Shown here: piece after piece, positions 26,957 to 35,901 of the stretch
Numbering within the stretch: the first letter of the stretch is position 1
How the letters are laid out: every line of letters starts with the position of its first letter
Assembly: GCA_026397175.1 (NCBI GenBank)
Contig: JAPLVK010000023.1
Span: 1-55,637 of the forward strand
Source of the DNA: Candidatus Berkelbacteria bacterium
GTDB lineage: Bacteria > Patescibacteriota > UBA1384 > DTJR01
Direction: 5' to 3'
Length of the DNA: 55,637 nucleotides
The notes under the pieces: model-generated
The model's input: only the letters and a program-made list of their open reading frames with translations
Database searches by the model: none
What the model was told of the DNA's origin: nothing
Translations under genes and position numbers: made by a program

Positions 26957-27994
26957 TTATTGTATTACTGCGGTTTGGGCGACGGGTTTATTAGGTTTCT
27001 GTTCCGTGTGATAGCCGATGGAATAAGAGTCAACAGAGGGGCCAATAGTTGGAGGACAAGGAATTTCTGAACCCGGACCATCGAAGCAATGTCGCAAATC
27101 GTTACCGTTATCACTCCTGGAAAGAGTCGTTTCTACTTGTAGATACCGGTATTTTGTTTCGCCGGAGCGAGAAGTAACTAATCCAGAAATATCTAAAGCA
27201 TTTCCCGATGTTGGAGTTTGTACTGCCGACCAAGGATCAGTCCAATCAGTTCCATTTACCGATGATCTGAATCTATATGTTACTGCAGTATTAGCCGGAA
27301 CAGTTTCAGTTGGAGTAAATGTCTGCCACTGCCAGAAGTTTGTGCCGCCGTCGATTTGAGTTGCGGCAGTGGTGTGGGTACCAGGAGCAGTCGGGGGATA
27401 AAATTCTATCTCGTCAAAAAACAATGATGTAGAATACGCAGGAGTTACGCTAATTCGGACATATCTGTAAGTCATGTTGGCTGAGCCGCATCCGCCACAG
27501 TGCCAAAGACCGTCAGGTCCACCCGGAAAATGCTCATAAATTGCCGTCCAATCCGTTTCATTTGTGGATCCATAAATACTTACATCTCCTATACTTGATC
27601 CAACAAATTCATAGAAATATACACAACTGAGCTGACGATTTCCGCCAAAATCAATTTGCCAGTAGAATGGATCGCCTGTTGTTCCCATAAAAGCAGTGCT
27701 AAGATTTGCATCAACAAGGTTTAATTTAGTTGAATCAAACTTAGAGGCCGTAACTGTCATTCCCGAGGTGTCAATCTTGGGGGGAGGCAGTTGGGAAATG
27801 TTTAACGAACCCGATGACGATTCAATATTGCTTGAAACTCCAGCACTCCAATCCGAAGAGGACGATAATATTTGCGATGCGTTGCTAGCATGTACGGCAA
27901 TCTTTTGTTTAGATTTCCAAAAATATTGAACACCAGGAACAAAAGCAACAACCAAAACTATGATTATTACAAATCTTAAAACTTTATTTTTCAC
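26957..27994 (-). CDS. Secreted discoidin (F5/8 type C)-domain protein
   Basis: N-terminal TM/signal sequence. FYWQIDFGGNRQLSCVYF...YRYVRISVTP...FFDEIEFY, followed by a beta-rich domain. GTG start. Confidence 0.7.
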   Translation of the reverse strand: MKNKVLRFVIIIVLVVAFVPGVQYFWKSKQKIAVHASNASQILSSSSDWSAGVSSNIESSSGSLNISQLPPPKIDTSGMTVTASKFDSTKLNLVDANLSTAFMGTTGDPFYWQIDFGGNRQLSCVYFYEFVGSSIGDVSIYGSTNETDWTAIYEHFPGGPDGLWHCGGCGSANMTYRYVRISVTPAYSTSLFFDEIEFYPPTAPGTHTTAATQIDGGTNFWQWQTFTPTETVPANTAVTYRFRSSVNGTDWTDPWSAVQTPTSGNALDISGLVTSRSGETKYRYLQVETTLSRSDNGNDLRHCFDGPGSEIPCPPTIGPSVDSYSIGYHTEQKPNKPVAQTAVIQ

Positions 27995-28014
27995 AATTTT
28001 ATAATAACACTTTG

Positions 28015-28055
28015 GAGTAAAATAATCAGGGGCTCTCGAACGTGTCGAGAGCCCC
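28015..28055 (-). terminator. Intrinsic terminator of the GC-rich gene 28079-28645
   Basis: GGGGCTCTCGA-5 nt-TCGAGAGCCCC, followed by a T-rich run on the minus strand. Confidence 0.7.
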
Positions 28056-28078
28056 GGATTGACGATCAGCCACTCAGG

Positions 28079-28645
28079 TTACTTCGCGTAGAACATCCGC
28101 AGGGACAGCTTGATCTTGCCCTGCTCGGGAAGCTCTACGGTCAGCGAGCCGAATACGGCTGCTCGCTGGAACATCTCGTCTCCGTTGCCCTGCAGTGCGC
28201 GGATCACGACCCCGGTCGTATCCCCTGGTTCCAGCAGCACCCTCCCCTGATCACGCTTGAGGACAATAAGATCGGGGAAGGTTCTATCAAAGCAGGTAGA
28301 CGCGGGAGGCTCGTACTTGAAACACCACGCGAGGCCAGTGTAAGCATGCTGCGGTATCGCACGCCTGGAGACTCCGCCGTTGAATCGCAGGGTTCCTAGA
28401 TCAAGTACCGCAGACCTTGATCTTAACCCCTTGCGTTCTTCCTCCTCCACGGTGGATACGGCCGAGTCGTGCTTCTGGTCGTCGTTAAGGTTCTCATACC
28501 CCTCCGGCAGACGACCAGCGTGCGACCTCTCAAAAGCCTGAACAACCGGGTCGCTTGTGAGCGGTGGCGGCTTGGGGGTGGTCAACGCCAAACAGACCAA
28601 GGCCGCCGCGACTACGATCAGGATTGCAATCGTGAGTTTAGACAT
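28079..28645 (-). CDS. Membrane-anchored or secreted hypothetical protein (GC-rich island)
   Basis: ATG at 28645 with AAGGAG 9 nt upstream. MSKLTIAILIVVAAALVCLALT signal anchor. Confidence 0.7.
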   Translation of the reverse strand: MSKLTIAILIVVAAALVCLALTTPKPPPLTSDPVVQAFERSHAGRLPEGYENLNDDQKHDSAVSTVEEEERKGLRSRSAVLDLGTLRFNGGVSRRAIPQHAYTGLAWCFKYEPPASTCFDRTFPDLIVLKRDQGRVLLEPGDTTGVVIRALQGNGDEMFQRAAVFGSLTVELPEQGKIKLSLRMFYAK

Positions 28646-28832
28646 TGGGACAACTCCTTGTGCCGCGGTTAGCGGTGTGGAATAACTGCTACTCGTTAGC
28701 TGCACTCAAGCCGGCCACGAGATTTCGTACTATCTCTGTACTATCAAGGAACTACGCGAACTGCTTAGGTTTCGCCGGCTCGATGGCCGCTGAAACCCAA
28801 ACCCCGTTGAACGGGGCACAGCAGATCGGACA

Positions 28833-28861
28833 AATATACCATCTTGACACCTGTTTGTCAA
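28833..28861 (-). promoter_or_regulatory. Promoter TTGACA-17 nt-TATATT with a ~180-nt leader
   Basis: The -35 lies inside the palindrome TTGACAcctgttTGTCAA (28845-28861). The leader contains CCCCGTT-CAA-CGGGG followed by TTTGGGTTT. Confidence 0.55.
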
Positions 28862-28917
28862 TGGTTCGGCAAGGTTCATTCATTTGACAAGCTCACCACA
28901 GGTGGTTCGACTCGCTG

Positions 28918-28946
28918 TTGCTTACTCACCACGGGTGTGCTATACT
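28918..28946 (+). promoter_or_regulatory. Promoter TTGCTT-17 nt-TATACT
   Basis: Read directly from the sequence. Drives the short unit below. Confidence 0.45.
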
Positions 28947-28952
28947 TGAAGC

Positions 28953-29017
28953 AGAATCACGACGAGAGGGCACGCCCAAGGGTTAGTCCGAGGGATACTC
29001 CCTCTCTTTTCTTTTAC
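28953..29017 (+). ncRNA. Candidate ~65-nt sRNA
   Basis: The promoter is followed by a GC-rich segment ending in GAGGG-ATACT-CCCTC and TCTTTTCTTTT. Confidence 0.35.
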
Positions 29018-29079
29018 CCGTTTTTAATCCTAGCTTATTCTTCATTTCGTTTATATAAACAAAATATTCTCTGAACTCT

Positions 29080-29541
29080 CTAAGTAGCGCAGAATATCTT
29101 CTGGGGTTTGAAACAATAATTTTGTAAAGCTTTTTTGTTTTTCTGCCAGTGCTGTATTAGGCAATAAAAATCGCCATCTCCGGAAACAATTATGGCTCTA
29201 TCATAATTTGCCCATTCGATCATCGAATGAAGCACCAACTCTGCATCAATGTTACCTTTTGTAAAACTTTCTTTATTCTTGCGGTATTTTAGGGTTGGTT
29301 TGAAAATAAGTTTATAACCGTATTTTTCAAGCGATTTATATAGATCCTGATTTTTCTCGATGTAGCCAATAAAAATAAATGCCTTTTCGACTCTAAATCT
29401 ATCTTTAAGCCAAACACGAAATTTCTGAAAATCTAACTTCCAGCCCAAATCGCGAATGGCAAGGTTAAGATTCTGGCTATCTATAAAGGCGTAGTTTTTG
29501 GGATTTTTAGTCCGAGTGCGGAGTTTGGCTTTTGTTCGCAT
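29080..29541 (-). CDS. NYN-domain (LabA/DUF88-like) putative RNase
   Basis: YAFIDSQNLNL...GNIDAELVL...DRAIIVSGDGDFYCLI. ATG at 29541; the longer ORF runs into the repeat. Confidence 0.7.
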   Translation of the reverse strand: MRTKAKLRTRTKNPKNYAFIDSQNLNLAIRDLGWKLDFQKFRVWLKDRFRVEKAFIFIGYIEKNQDLYKSLEKYGYKLIFKPTLKYRKNKESFTKGNIDAELVLHSMIEWANYDRAIIVSGDGDFYCLIQHWQKNKKALQNYCFKPQKIFCAT

Positions 29542-29565
29542 AAGAAGATTATAGCAAAAAACAAG

Positions 29566-29666
29566 AATCGAATTACGAAGTACGAATAATGAATTACGAA
29601 TAATCGAGATTTTTCGTAATTCACCCATGATTCGTTATTCATAATTCTAAATTCGATCCCCAGATT
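29566..29666. repeat. Family A AT-rich palindrome
   Basis: aatcgaattacgaagtacgaataatgaattacgaataatcg ... cgtaattcacccatgattcgttattcataattctaaattcgat. Confidence 0.8.
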
Positions 29667-29717
29667 TGCTTTTTTGGGGTTTTTGTTGTCATATAATAAG
29701 TACTATTAATAACGACT

Positions 29718-31178
29718 ATGGCAACACTTTATCGAAAATACCGGCCGCAATTATTTAAGGATATTATCGGCCAAGATCACATTGTCAAAACGCTCCAAAA
29801 AGCGCTCGAAAACGATCGCTTGGCGCACGCATATTTATTTTGCGGCCCGCGCGGGGTTGGCAAAACCACAATTGCGCGGATTTTGGCCAAAGCCGCCAAT
29901 TGCTTGGACGCAAAAAATCGGCCCTGTGGAAAATGCAAAAATTGCCTGGCAATCGCGCAAGGGAAATTTATTGATTTAATCGAAATTGACGCGGCCTCAA
30001 ACCGAGGAATTGACGAAATCCGCGATCTTCGCGACAAAATCCAATTTGCGCCAAATATCGGCAAATATCGCGTTTATATTATTGACGAAGTGCACATGTT
30101 GACGCGCGAGGCCTTTAACGCGCTTTTAAAAACGCTCGAGGAGCCGCCCGCTCACACCATTTTTATTTTTGCCACGACCGAGATTCACAAAGTTCCCGAA
30201 ACGGTTATTTCCAGATGTCAGCGATTTGATTTTCATCTCGGGAAAAGCGCGCTGGTTGAGAAGTCCATCAAGCAAATTGCAAAGTCCGAAAAATTTAAAC
30301 TTTCGGATGATGTTTTGCGATTGATCGTAAAGGCGAGCGGCGGGTCATATCGCGACGCGCAGTCGCTTTTAGATCAGCTTTCGCCATATCTTGCCAAAGG
30401 CGAAATTACTCTTGCCGAGGCCCTAAAAATTTTAAATCTGGCGGCTTTAGAGCAGCTCATTGAGTTTATTGATATTTTAAAATCAAACGATCAAAAAAAA
30501 GCGATCAGTTATCTACAAAATTTGCGCGAGCGGGGTGTTGACTTTGCCGAATTTGTGAATATGCTAATTGCAAAGGTCAGGGAAGAGTTAATTGAAAAAA
30601 TCCAGGCGGGCGATGACTTAAGCTGGCACCAGATTACATTGCATCGTCTGATCGCGGCGGCGTTAGAGTCAAAATCATCGCCGATTGATACCTTGCCTTT
30701 AGAGCTTGCGGTTTTAGATATTTGCGAGGGGGAAGGCGGCGAAGATATCAAACAGGAGTCAAAACCCCAGCAAGATGCCCCCTCAAAAATTTCTGAAATT
30801 CCAAAAGATGATTTGGCCGAGGATAAAAAAATTGAGTCGAAACTTGATTTTAAGGAGGAAAAAAAAGAACCGGCAAAAACCGATCAAAAGAAATTGACGC
30901 AAATTTCCGCCGATCAAAGAAAAGCGATTATCGAAACCATTGCCACCAAAAACAAAACATTTGGCTCGCTGCTTGAAACCACCGAGTGGATTTTAGAGGG
31001 AGATCGCCTCGTAATTTTAGCCGGCTTTAATTTTCACAAAGACAAAATTATGGAGAAAAAAAATTATTCAACTTTAAAAAGTGAAGTGGAAAATGCGATG
31101 AATTGCGAGGTTGATTTGATTTGCAAAATTAAAGGGAAAGAAGATATCGCCGAAGACATCGGCAGCGTTTTTTTCTAA
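29718..31178 (+). CDS. dnaX: DNA polymerase III gamma/tau subunit
   Basis: YRPQLFKDIIGQDHIV, GPRGVGKTT, a CGKCKNC zinc module, DEVHML and SRCQRFDF. Confidence 0.93.
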   Translation: MATLYRKYRPQLFKDIIGQDHIVKTLQKALENDRLAHAYLFCGPRGVGKTTIARILAKAANCLDAKNRPCGKCKNCLAIAQGKFIDLIEIDAASNRGIDEIRDLRDKIQFAPNIGKYRVYIIDEVHMLTREAFNALLKTLEEPPAHTIFIFATTEIHKVPETVISRCQRFDFHLGKSALVEKSIKQIAKSEKFKLSDDVLRLIVKASGGSYRDAQSLLDQLSPYLAKGEITLAEALKILNLAALEQLIEFIDILKSNDQKKAISYLQNLRERGVDFAEFVNMLIAKVREELIEKIQAGDDLSWHQITLHRLIAAALESKSSPIDTLPLELAVLDICEGEGGEDIKQESKPQQDAPSKISEIPKDDLAEDKKIESKLDFKEEKKEPAKTDQKKLTQISADQRKAIIETIATKNKTFGSLLETTEWILEGDRLVILAGFNFHKDKIMEKKNYSTLKSEVENAMNCEVDLICKIKGKEDIAEDIGSVFF

Positions 31179-31185
31179 AAAAAAT

Positions 31186-33813
31186 ATGGCCAAACAAAAC
31201 GAGGCGGTTAAATTGCCGCCACAAAATTTGGAAGCGGAGCAAGCGGTTTTGGGCGCGATTTTAATAGATAAAGACGCGCTTTATAAAATTGCCGAACTCT
31301 TGCAGCCCGATGATTTTTATCGCGACGATCATCGCGAGATTTTTTCGGCCATGTTGGGGCTTTTTGAAAAAAGATCGCCGATTGACCTCGTCACCTTAAC
31401 CGACGCTCTTCGCAAAAATAAAAAACTCGATATGGCCGGCGGCGCAACCTATTTGACCCATTTGGCCAACAGCACTTTATCTTCGGCTCATATCACTAAA
31501 CACGCCGAAATCGTTTCCGAAAAAGGAATTTTGCGCCGGCTGATTAAGGCGGCGACGCAGATGATCGAGGACAGCTATTCGGAAAGAGACGAAATTCCGA
31601 TGATTCTTGATCGTTCGGAGCAGGTTTTGTTTGCCGTTTCACAAAAATTTGCGACTGATAAATTTATAGCGGTTAAAGATGTGCTGGCGGAAACATTTGA
31701 CCGCATCAACGAACTTCACGAAAATCGCGGGCAGCTGCGGGGCATCGCATCCGGGTTTAAGGGACTTGATAATTTGCTAGCCGGTTTTCAGAGATCGGAT
31801 TTAATTATTATCGCGGCGCGGCCTTCGATGGGAAAAACCGCGTTGGCACTAAATATTGCTTGCCACGCCGCCGCCAAAGAAAAAATCCCGGTTGGCGTTT
31901 TTTCTCTTGAAATGAGCCGCGACCAGTTGGTAGATCGTCTTTTGACCATGGAGGCGGGGATTGACTCGTGGCGGCTTCGAACCGGAAATTTGCGCGAGGA
32001 TGATTTTTCGAAATTAAACTACGCCATGGGGGTATTGTCAGAAGCGCCTCTTTACATTGATGATTCCGCGCTACTTTCGGTCATGGACATCAGAGCTAAG
32101 GCAAGGCGGTTGCAAGCCGAAAGCGGGCTGGGGCTGGTGATTGTTGATTATTTGCAGTTAATGGAATCAGCTCATCGCGGATATGGTGAAATCAACCGAG
32201 TTCAGGAGGTCTCTGATATTTCCCGAGGTCTTAAAGCCCTTGCGCGCGAACTCAATGTTCCGGTTATTGCGCTTTCGCAGCTTTCGCGCGCCGTTGAGTC
32301 CAGACATCCCAAAATTCCCCAGCTCGCCGACCTTCGTGAGTCAGGATGTCTGGCAGGCGACACCTTAGTTTTTGACGCCCGAACTGGGTTGATGAAAAAA
32401 ATCGCCGATCTTGAAGGTGAAAAAAAATTCAAGTGTGCCGGAGCCGATGACAAAAATAGAATAACACCTCAAAGCGCGTCAAAAGTATTTTGCACAGGGA
32501 CTAAAGAGGTTTATCTTTTGACTTTATCAAGTGGCAAACAAATTAAAGCAACAGGCAATCACAAATTCAAAACTATAGATAGTTGGGAACGACTGGATTC
32601 TTTAAACGGAGGTGATTTTATTGCAACAGCCAGAAATGTCATTGACCATGAGTTAAAAGTTGATGTTTCCGATAATAAATTGATTGTACTGGCGCATTTA
32701 ATCGGAGATGGTTGTTATCTTAAAAAGCAGCCATTGCATTACACAAATGCCGACCAATTATGTTTAGCGGCTGTCAACAAAGCTGCGGCAGAAGAATTTG
32801 GTACCAAAAACCGATTGGTGCAACAAGAAAATTGGTATCATCTATATCTTTCAGCAAACGAACCGCTCGCGCGAGGCCGAAGAAATCCGATTGTAAAATG
32901 GTTTGATGAAGAACTTGCGATTTTCGATCAACGATCGGGAGAAAAAAATATTCCAGACATCGTTTTTCGGCTGTCCAAGAAAAAATTAGCTTTATTTTTG
33001 AAATATTTGTTTGCAACTGACGGCGGTTTGACCAAATCCGCAGGGCAGTGGCGCTTGCATTATGCATCGAAAAGCCGAACCTTGATTGAGGGTCTGCAGC
33101 ACCTTCTTTTGAGGTTCGAAGTTTTTTCGATTATTAAACAAAACAGGAAAAAGGGGTATGCAACGGTTTACGATTTACAGATTACAGGTAAAGAAAATCA
33201 ACTTAAGTTTTTGAATCAGATCGGAATTTTCGGCGCAAAAGAGGCAAATGTTCAAAAAGCAATCAAGGAGTTGAGCCAGATTACGGCAAATACAAATATT
33301 GATGTGATTCCCAAACAAATCTGGGACAAGATAAAAAATAAGCTCAAGGAACGCGGGATAAATGGTCGCGATTTTCATAAAATGATGGGGTGGGCTTATA
33401 GCGGGACGCAAAGATATAATAATGGAATATCGAGAGTGCGGCTTGAAAAAATCGCTAAGACCTTAAAAGATCAAGAATTACATGATTTTGCACAGTCCGA
33501 TGTTTTTTGGGAAAAAATTGTCTCGATAGAAAAATGCGGTGTCGAGAAGGTTTATGATATAACGGTGCCCAGCGTTCATAATTTTGTGGCAAATAATGTT
33601 GTGGTGCATAACAGCATCGAGCAAGATGCAGATGTGGTGATGTTTATATACCGAGAAGAATATTATGATCCGGAGACCGAGAAAAAGAATATTGCTCAAA
33701 TCATGATCAAAAAACATCGAAATGGCCCGATTGGGGACATTGATCTATTTTTCAGCCCAGAATTTAGCCGCTTTTCGACGATAGAAAAGAGAATTCCAGA
33801 AGCAGGGGAATAA
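31186..33813 (+). CDS. dnaB: Replicative DNA helicase DnaB interrupted by an intein
   Basis: PPQNLEAEQAVLGAIL, GFKGLDNL, ARPSMGKTA, then ...ADLRESG|C...HN|SIEQDADVV... and KHRNGPIG. Confidence 0.95.
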   Translation: MAKQNEAVKLPPQNLEAEQAVLGAILIDKDALYKIAELLQPDDFYRDDHREIFSAMLGLFEKRSPIDLVTLTDALRKNKKLDMAGGATYLTHLANSTLSSAHITKHAEIVSEKGILRRLIKAATQMIEDSYSERDEIPMILDRSEQVLFAVSQKFATDKFIAVKDVLAETFDRINELHENRGQLRGIASGFKGLDNLLAGFQRSDLIIIAARPSMGKTALALNIACHAAAKEKIPVGVFSLEMSRDQLVDRLLTMEAGIDSWRLRTGNLREDDFSKLNYAMGVLSEAPLYIDDSALLSVMDIRAKARRLQAESGLGLVIVDYLQLMESAHRGYGEINRVQEVSDISRGLKALARELNVPVIALSQLSRAVESRHPKIPQLADLRESGCLAGDTLVFDARTGLMKKIADLEGEKKFKCAGADDKNRITPQSASKVFCTGTKEVYLLTLSSGKQIKATGNHKFKTIDSWERLDSLNGGDFIATARNVIDHELKVDVSDNKLIVLAHLIGDGCYLKKQPLHYTNADQLCLAAVNKAAAEEFGTKNRLVQQENWYHLYLSANEPLARGRRNPIVKWFDEELAIFDQRSGEKNIPDIVFRLSKKKLALFLKYLFATDGGLTKSAGQWRLHYASKSRTLIEGLQHLLLRFEVFSIIKQNRKKGYATVYDLQITGKENQLKFLNQIGIFGAKEANVQKAIKELSQITANTNIDVIPKQIWDKIKNKLKERGINGRDFHKMMGWAYSGTQRYNNGISRVRLEKIAKTLKDQELHDFAQSDVFWEKIVSIEKCGVEKVYDITVPSVHNFVANNVVVHNSIEQDADVVMFIYREEYYDPETEKKNIAQIMIKKHRNGPIGDIDLFFSPEFSRFSTIEKRIPEAGE
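32347..33612 (+). mobile_element. DnaB intein (422 aa) with a LAGLIDADG homing-endonuclease domain
   Basis: Cys1 in CLAGDTLV, block B ATGNHKF, LAHLIGDGCY and LKYLFATDGG, C-terminal NNVVVHN followed by Ser+1. Removing it leaves a 453-aa DnaB. Confidence 0.9.
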
Positions 33814-33930
33814 AAGTTCATAAAGTTAAAAGTTTGTAAAGTTCATAAAGTCAGAACCGAATTATGAATTTTTTTGAAAATTGAAAATTGTAAAATTGAT
33901 TGAAAATTTTAAATTCTAAATTAAAAATTG
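33813..33930. repeat. Composite AT-rich word repeats (families B, A, D)
   Basis: aaagttcataaagttaaaagtttgtaaagttcataaagt; cgaattatgaatt; gaaaattgaaaattgtaaaattgattgaaaatt. Confidence 0.75.
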
Positions 33931-33996
33931 TTATTTATTGAACCTTATCTTGCCTCGACCATCAAGGTATTTTGACAATTTAAAAACACAGGGGGC

Positions 33997-34026
33997 TTGA
34001 CAAAGTTATATAACTTGTGTTATGAT
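33997..34026 (+). promoter_or_regulatory. Promoter TTGACA-18 nt-TATGAT (a second TTGACA lies at 33972)
   Basis: Read directly from the sequence. Confidence 0.55.
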
Positions 34027-34062
34027 ATATATGTCGGATTAAGAAGGAGGGGAAAGTACTCA

Positions 34063-34197
34063 TTGGACAATTTAGACAATTACTCCGCCTTGATCAGACA
34101 CTTGCACCTTAGCATGAAACTCGTGAGTACAGCAAAAATCATATCTATCTTAGGGAATGCACAGCGTTTCTTAGGAGAACTCAACGACTTTTGCTGA
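34063..34197 (+). CDS. Possible 44-aa small protein (TTG start), or part of a ~240-nt ncRNA
   Basis: AAGGAGG at 34044-34050 lies 12 nt before the TTG. The unit has its own promoter and terminator. The coding call is weak. Confidence 0.3.
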   Translation: MDNLDNYSALIRHLHLSMKLVSTAKIISILGNAQRFLGELNDFC

Positions 34198-34202
34198 AGG
34201 AA

Positions 34203-34280
34203 AGAGCGCATGAAGGAGCGGTACATAATTTAAAAAATTTATAACCGATTACTCCTATGTACATGCGCTCTTTTGTATTT
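34203..34280 (+). terminator. Long interrupted hairpin plus T-run upstream of murJ
   Basis: AGAGCGCAT...GTACAT / ATGTAC-ATGCGCTCT, followed by TTTTGTATTT. Confidence 0.65.
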
Positions 34281-34341
34281 AAACTAATTTAGCTTTGTAA
34301 GCCATCTTTAGTTTTTAATCTTCTTCTGCTACTATCAGAGT

Positions 34342-35901
34342 ATGTTTCGGGCGATTAAAAACATATTTGCAAAAGAAAATTCGGTAAAAGGCGCGAGTAT
34401 GATTTTGGTTATCACTCTGGCGCTTTCTAATATTCTCGGAGTAATTCGAGATCATTTTTTGGCAAGCAAAATTCCGACCGACCGACTCGATATTTATTTC
34501 GCCGCTTTTCGACTGCCCGACCTCATCTTCAATGTTTTGATTTTGGGCTCGATCGCCGCTGCGTTTGTGCCGGTTTACTCCACATATCTGCGCGAAGAAG
34601 GCGACAAAAAAGCCACCGAGTTGGCCCAGGCCACAATGACCGTTGGCGTAACCGTCATCGCCGCCGCACTCGCGGTTCTTTTCTTCCTGATGCCTTATGT
34701 CATTTATTTGCTTGTCCCGAGTTTTGACATTGCCAAGCGCCAAGAAACCGTTATATTGGCCAGATGGCTTTTGATTTCTCCGCTTTTCTTTACGATTTCT
34801 TATTTTTTGGGCGGAGTTCTAAACTCGCACAAAAGGTTTTTGGCCTATTCTATCGCACCGCTAATCTATAATCTTTCAATTATTGTTGCGGTTTTCTTTT
34901 TTGCCGATCGCCTCGGCGTAAAAGCAGCGGTTTACGGAGTAATAATCGGCTCGGCGCTGCATATGCTAATTCAGCTTCCTTCGGCCTTTAAACTCGGATT
35001 TAGGTTCAAATTTATTTTTGATTTGGCAAACATCGGCGTTAAAAAAATTATCAAATTGATGGTTCCCCGCGCGATCGGTCTTGGCGCAAACCAGATTTTG
35101 TTGGTGGCTTACACCAGTTTTGCTTCTGCCTTTGCCGGCGGAATCGCCGTTTATAATTTTGCCGACAATATCCAAACCGTGCCTTCGGTGATTTTTGGAA
35201 ACTCTTTTGCCATGGCCGTTTTTCCGACTTTGGCCGGACTTTCTTTGTCTATAACAAAAGACAGAGATGAATTTCAGAGATTTTTTACAAAAACCCTACG
35301 AGCGGTCACTTTCTTTTTGGTTCCTTCAACGGCGATGCTGATTTTGCTTCGCGCGCAAATTATCAGAATCATTTTGGGTTATGGATTTTTTGGCTGGTCC
35401 GACACCAAAACCGCGGCCGCGACCTTGGGATTTTTTGCTTTAAGCATTATTGCCCAGGGTTTGATCCCGCTTTTGGCCCGAAGTTTTTACGCCATGCACG
35501 ACACCAAAACACCAATGTACTCGAGTATAATTGCAATTTTGACGAGCATAATTTTGGGATTTGTTTTTACTCGTTTGGCCACTGGCGCGGTCGGCGGCGT
35601 CTCATCTTTGGCGCTGGCGTTTACAATCGGCAGCTGGCTCAATTTCGCCCTGCTGGTTTATTTTCTTAACCGACAAGTTGATTTCGACTGGAATAACCTG
35701 ATCACATTCATTTTTAAAGTTGTTCTTTTGACTGCGGTGATGGCAACTGTTATGCAGATCGCCAAAAATGTTACGGCAAATTTGGTTGATATTGACCGCG
35801 TTCGATTTTTGGCTTTGCAAATTTTGGTGGCGCTGATTGTCGGAGCGGGAACTTATCTTGGGCTTGCTTGGTGGCTTGAATTTGAGGAAGTGAAGTCATG
35901 A
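34342..35901 (+). CDS. murJ: Lipid II flippase MurJ (MviN family)
   Basis: 519 aa, about 14 TM segments, N-terminal ...LSNILGVIRDHFLASKIPTDRLDIYFAAFRLPD.... Confidence 0.88.
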   Translation: MFRAIKNIFAKENSVKGASMILVITLALSNILGVIRDHFLASKIPTDRLDIYFAAFRLPDLIFNVLILGSIAAAFVPVYSTYLREEGDKKATELAQATMTVGVTVIAAALAVLFFLMPYVIYLLVPSFDIAKRQETVILARWLLISPLFFTISYFLGGVLNSHKRFLAYSIAPLIYNLSIIVAVFFFADRLGVKAAVYGVIIGSALHMLIQLPSAFKLGFRFKFIFDLANIGVKKIIKLMVPRAIGLGANQILLVAYTSFASAFAGGIAVYNFADNIQTVPSVIFGNSFAMAVFPTLAGLSLSITKDRDEFQRFFTKTLRAVTFFLVPSTAMLILLRAQIIRIILGYGFFGWSDTKTAAATLGFFALSIIAQGLIPLLARSFYAMHDTKTPMYSSIIAILTSIILGFVFTRLATGAVGGVSSLALAFTIGSWLNFALLVYFLNRQVDFDWNNLITFIFKVVLLTAVMATVMQIAKNVTANLVDIDRVRFLALQILVALIVGAGTYLGLAWWLEFEEVKS

